From Lautropia sp. SCN 69-89 (GTDB taxonomy: Bacteria > Pseudomonadota > Gammaproteobacteria > Burkholderiales > Burkholderiaceae_E), in NCBI GenBank assembly GCA_001724855.1, contig MEED01000018.1, positions 27,703 to 91,702 on the forward strand: a stretch of 64,000 nt of DNA. The letters are read 5' to 3'. The notes under the pieces were generated by a model that saw only the letters and a program-made list of their open reading frames with translations, did not search any database and was not told the origin of the DNA. How positions within the stretch are numbered: position 1 is the stretch's first letter; each line of letters starts with the position of its first letter. Shown one piece after another: positions 62,747-64,000 of the stretch. Position numbers and translations under genes: made by a program.

Positions 62747-64000
62747 TCAGGCCGCCTTCAGCACGGTGACCGTGCCCGCGCTGCCGTCGACGTCGACCAG
62801 GTCGCCGTCGGCGATCACGCGCGTGGCCACCGCGGTGCCGACCACGCAGGGCACGCGGTATTCGCGGCTGATGATCGACGCGTGCGCCAGCGTGCCGCCC
62901 TGGTCGCACACACAAGCGGCGATCTTGGTGAAGGCCGGCGTCCAGCTCGGCGAGGTGCCTTCGCAGACCAGCACCTCGCCGGCCTGCACGCGGTGCAGGT
63001 CCTGCGGCCCGTGCAGCACGCGGGCGCGCCCGCTCGCCCGGCCGGGCGCCGCGCCGAGCCCGCGCAGCCGCTCGCCGGGCGCCGCGCCGACGCGCACCGC
63101 CGCGAGGAACTCGTCGGTTACGCCGTCGATCTCGATCAGGATCGGATCGCTGATCGATTCGGGCGCCGCGCCGAGGTACTTCGGCATCGTCTTGCGGCAT
63201 TCGCGCCAGGACGCGTGATACGCGCGCCGCGCGTCGATCAGCGCATCGAACGAAGCGATCGGCTCGCCGCGGGCGACCCGCAGCAGCTCGGGGTAGAAGA
63301 GGAAGAACACGTCGTCGGGATGGCGCCCGGGCGTGCGCGCGCCGATCGCGAGCGCCGCGCGCCGCAGCGGAATCGTCGCGCGCAGGTCGATGTAGTGGTT
63401 GTGGTCTTCGTTCCACCAGACGAAGTTGGCGCGCTCGCAGCTGGCCAGCGCCGCGTCGAACGCCCGGCGCTCGGCCCGGGTGAGTCGCGCGCGGGCCGTC
63501 GCGATCGCGGCGCCACGCTCGGCGCGCGCCTCGTCGATGCCGGCGTCGAAATCGTGGCCTTCGCCCCGCTCGAGCAGGAAGGTTCGGATGTTGCCCAGCG
63601 GCGTGGTCGGATTCTCGCGCCAGCAAGGGAGCATCGGATCGGCCATTCCGTCGGTGCGCCACCCCCACTCGTCGAGGAACGCACCGAAGCGCGCGAGCCA
63701 GCGCGCACCCTCGGCACCCGCCCCGGCGAGCGCCGCAGCGATCGACTCGGGCGGGTTCTCGACGAACGCGGCGGCAAGCGGCTTGCCGCGCAGCTCGTGC
63801 GCGAAACCCCACAGCGCGCGGTCGCAACGCGTCATCGGCGTCTCGTAACCCTGCAGGAAGCGCGGCACCTCGGCCCGCGCGATCCCGAGTTCGTCGCACA
63901 GCCCGTAGAAGCCCGCCTGGTTCAGCAGCAGCGGGTACATCAGCTCGAAGTGCACCTCCCAGGCGCGGCGCTGGAAGGCACGCGCCCGCTCGAGGTAGTC
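62747..64000 (-). CDS. PEP-utilising mobile-domain protein, PpsA-like (5' end beyond window)
   Basis: C-terminal swivel domain GGTLAHASIISREYRVPCVVG..VDVDGSAGTV preceded by a helical domain; frame open to the window edge. Confidence 0.88.
   Translation of the reverse strand, partial: DYLERARAFQRRAWEVHFELMYPLLLNQAGFYGLCDELGIARAEVPRFLQGYETPMTRCDRALWGFAHELRGKPLAAAFVENPPESIAAALAGAGAEGARWLARFGAFLDEWGWRTDGMADPMLPCWRENPTTPLGNIRTFLLERGEGHDFDAGIDEARAERGAAIATARARLTRAERRAFDAALASCERANFVWWNEDHNHYIDLRATIPLRRAALAIGARTPGRHPDDVFFLFYPELLRVARGEPIASFDALIDARRAYHASWRECRKTMPKYLGAAPESISDPILIEIDGVTDEFLAAVRVGAAPGERLRGLGAAPGRASGRARVLHGPQDLHRVQAGEVLVCEGTSPSWTPAFTKIAACVCDQGGTLAHASIISREYRVPCVVGTAVATRVIADGDLVDVDGSAGTVTVLKAA

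Noticed and set aside
61670-64000. Anaerobic phenol degradation (pps/ppc) or rifamycin resistance
   Set aside because: No PpsC or UbiD-type carboxylase downstream and the domains are split rather than RPH-fused; upstream context lies outside the window, so not fully excluded

Overview
Very GC-rich bacterial chromosome segment. Gene order (dapF-DUF484-xerC-COG0523-dksA-STAS-hslVU; lipid A acyltransferases divergent from metK; a Bug protein) points to Betaproteobacteria/Burkholderiales (inference). Blocks: (1) 1-9.7 kb: LysR plus a complete protocatechuate 4,5-cleavage (lig/pmd) operon, interrupted between ligI and ligA by a 0.7 kb nested-palindrome region with a perfect 99-bp inverted repeat. 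(2) 9.7-13.4 kb: a decayed ABC binding-protein relic and a divergent LuxR / 707-aa lipoprotein pair. (3) 13.5-41.8 kb: housekeeping genes (hslUV, dksA, xerC, dapF, metK, pdxH, SAH riboswitch-ahcY-tlyA-metF, slt, cca, folM/folB, ttcA) plus two DUF3391/HD-GYP paralogs with degenerate HD dyads, one frameshifted. (4) 41.7-59.6 kb: an AraC/EutR-type regulator divergent from a tightly coupled 14-gene operon: TTQ amine dehydrogenase (mauBEDA), DUF1329/DUF1302/RND/TerB/YCF48 envelope module, aldehyde dehydrogenase, monoheme cytochrome c, two tandem di-heme peroxidase-family proteins with complementary loss of catalytic residues, and a terminal qNOR-related protein with the active-site substitutions described for putative nitric oxide dismutases (Nod). 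This operon is the best candidate for an undescribed system. (5) 59.6-64 kb: a convergent operon with a split phenylphosphate-synthase-like dikinase pair, a HAD hydrolase and a class III PLP enzyme. No tRNA, rRNA, CRISPR array or transposase was recognised. All family assignments come from motif reading and memory, not database searches; start codons are best estimates.
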